Origin: an uncultured delta proteobacterium
GTDB lineage: Bacteria > Desulfobacterota > Binatia > Binatales > Binataceae
Length of the DNA: 64,000 nt
Direction of reading: 5' to 3'
Assembly: GCA_963789835.1 (NCBI GenBank)
Contig: CAWBMF010000009.1
Location: 28,984-92,983, forward strand
Part shown: positions 63,447-64,000 of the stretch, piece after piece
Layout of the letters: each line of letters begins with the position of its first letter
Numbering within the stretch: the stretch's first letter is position 1
Made by a program: the position numbers and the translations under genes
Notes under the pieces: generated by a model
The model's input: the letters and a program-made list of their open reading frames with translations, nothing else
Databases searched by the model: none
What the model was told of the DNA's origin: nothing

Positions 63447-64000
63447 TTATCTATTCTCGCTCGCAGCACGGGCCGCATACCGGGCCTCCATAAGGTCGAA
63501 GGCCTGCTTGTCCACCAGCCTTTGGCGCTCCGCGAATGACGTGACGGCGTGCTCATCGAGGACGCCCTTTTCCTTTAGCGCCGATAGCGTTGACTGCATG
63601 CCATGCACGGCTCCTTGCAAAGCAGCGTTGGCGTAAAGCACCAGGCTGAAGCCCATTTCGGCTGCCGCTTTTTCGTCGACAATGGGAGTCTTGCCTCCGA
63701 GCACCATGTTGACCAGCTGAGGCGCCTTCAGGCGACGGGGGACCGCCTTGAGGTCTTCAAGGCTTTCCGGAGCCTCAACGAATGTGACGTCTGCGCCCGC
63801 TTCGATGTAGCGACCGGCCCTCTCAATGGCCGCCTCAAAGCCTTCGACGGCACACGCATCGGTACGTGCGATGACGACCAGATCCTGCCGTCGCGTGTCG
63901 ACCGCGGCCCGCACCTTGCCGACCATCTCCTCGAGGGAGATCAACTCCTTCCCGTCGAAATGACCGCACCGTTTTGGCGCATGCTGGTCCTCGATTTGAA
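63447..64000 (-). CDS. isocitrate lyase/PEP mutase family enzyme (PrpB-like); 5' end outside window
   Basis: Upstream in-frame QIEDQHAPKRCGHFDGK, IARTDA, AGADVTFVEA, NMVLGGKTP. Confidence 0.9.
   Translation of the reverse strand, partial: QIEDQHAPKRCGHFDGKELISLEEMVGKVRAAVDTRRQDLVVIARTDACAVEGFEAAIERAGRYIEAGADVTFVEAPESLEDLKAVPRRLKAPQLVNMVLGGKTPIVDEKAAAEMGFSLVLYANAALQGAVHGMQSTLSALKEKGVLDEHAVTSFAERQRLVDKQAFDLMEARYAARAASENR

Overview
GC-rich bacterial chromosomal window with about 55 protein-coding genes. I found no rRNA, tRNA, CRISPR array, transposase or integrase. Gene content (many hydrolases, amidohydrolases and crotonases, plus a characteristic 'MNLRHAAALAVGW' N-terminus) suggests a Candidatus Binatota-like soil bacterium; this is an inference only. 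Most genes are catabolic or housekeeping: carboxylesterases, SDR, gnd-zwf-fba, arginine decarboxylase, MacB-type permeases, hpaD/hpaI/hpaB-like aromatic genes, trmB, bamD, an M20 peptidase and an OprB-type porin. About a dozen apparent single-base frameshifts split otherwise intact genes and are most simply explained as assembly indels. Main candidates for undescribed biology: (1) a lower-GC two-gene cassette pairing a 1414-aa secreted Cys-rich G8/TMEM2-CEMIP-like protein with an orphan BufA2-like six-Cys peptide that has no MNIO maturation genes nearby; (2) a STAND ATPase-TPR-class III cyclase downstream of an unknown helical-repeat protein; (3) BamD apparently fused through a long linker to an AMIN-like domain; (4) a signal-less aconitate-isomerase/ModA-like protein beside an ICL/PEP-mutase enzyme; (5) a TrpF-like protein lacking the catalytic Cys; (6) two sigma54-type promoters with candidate enhancer palindromes. 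All family assignments come from motif recognition, not database searches.
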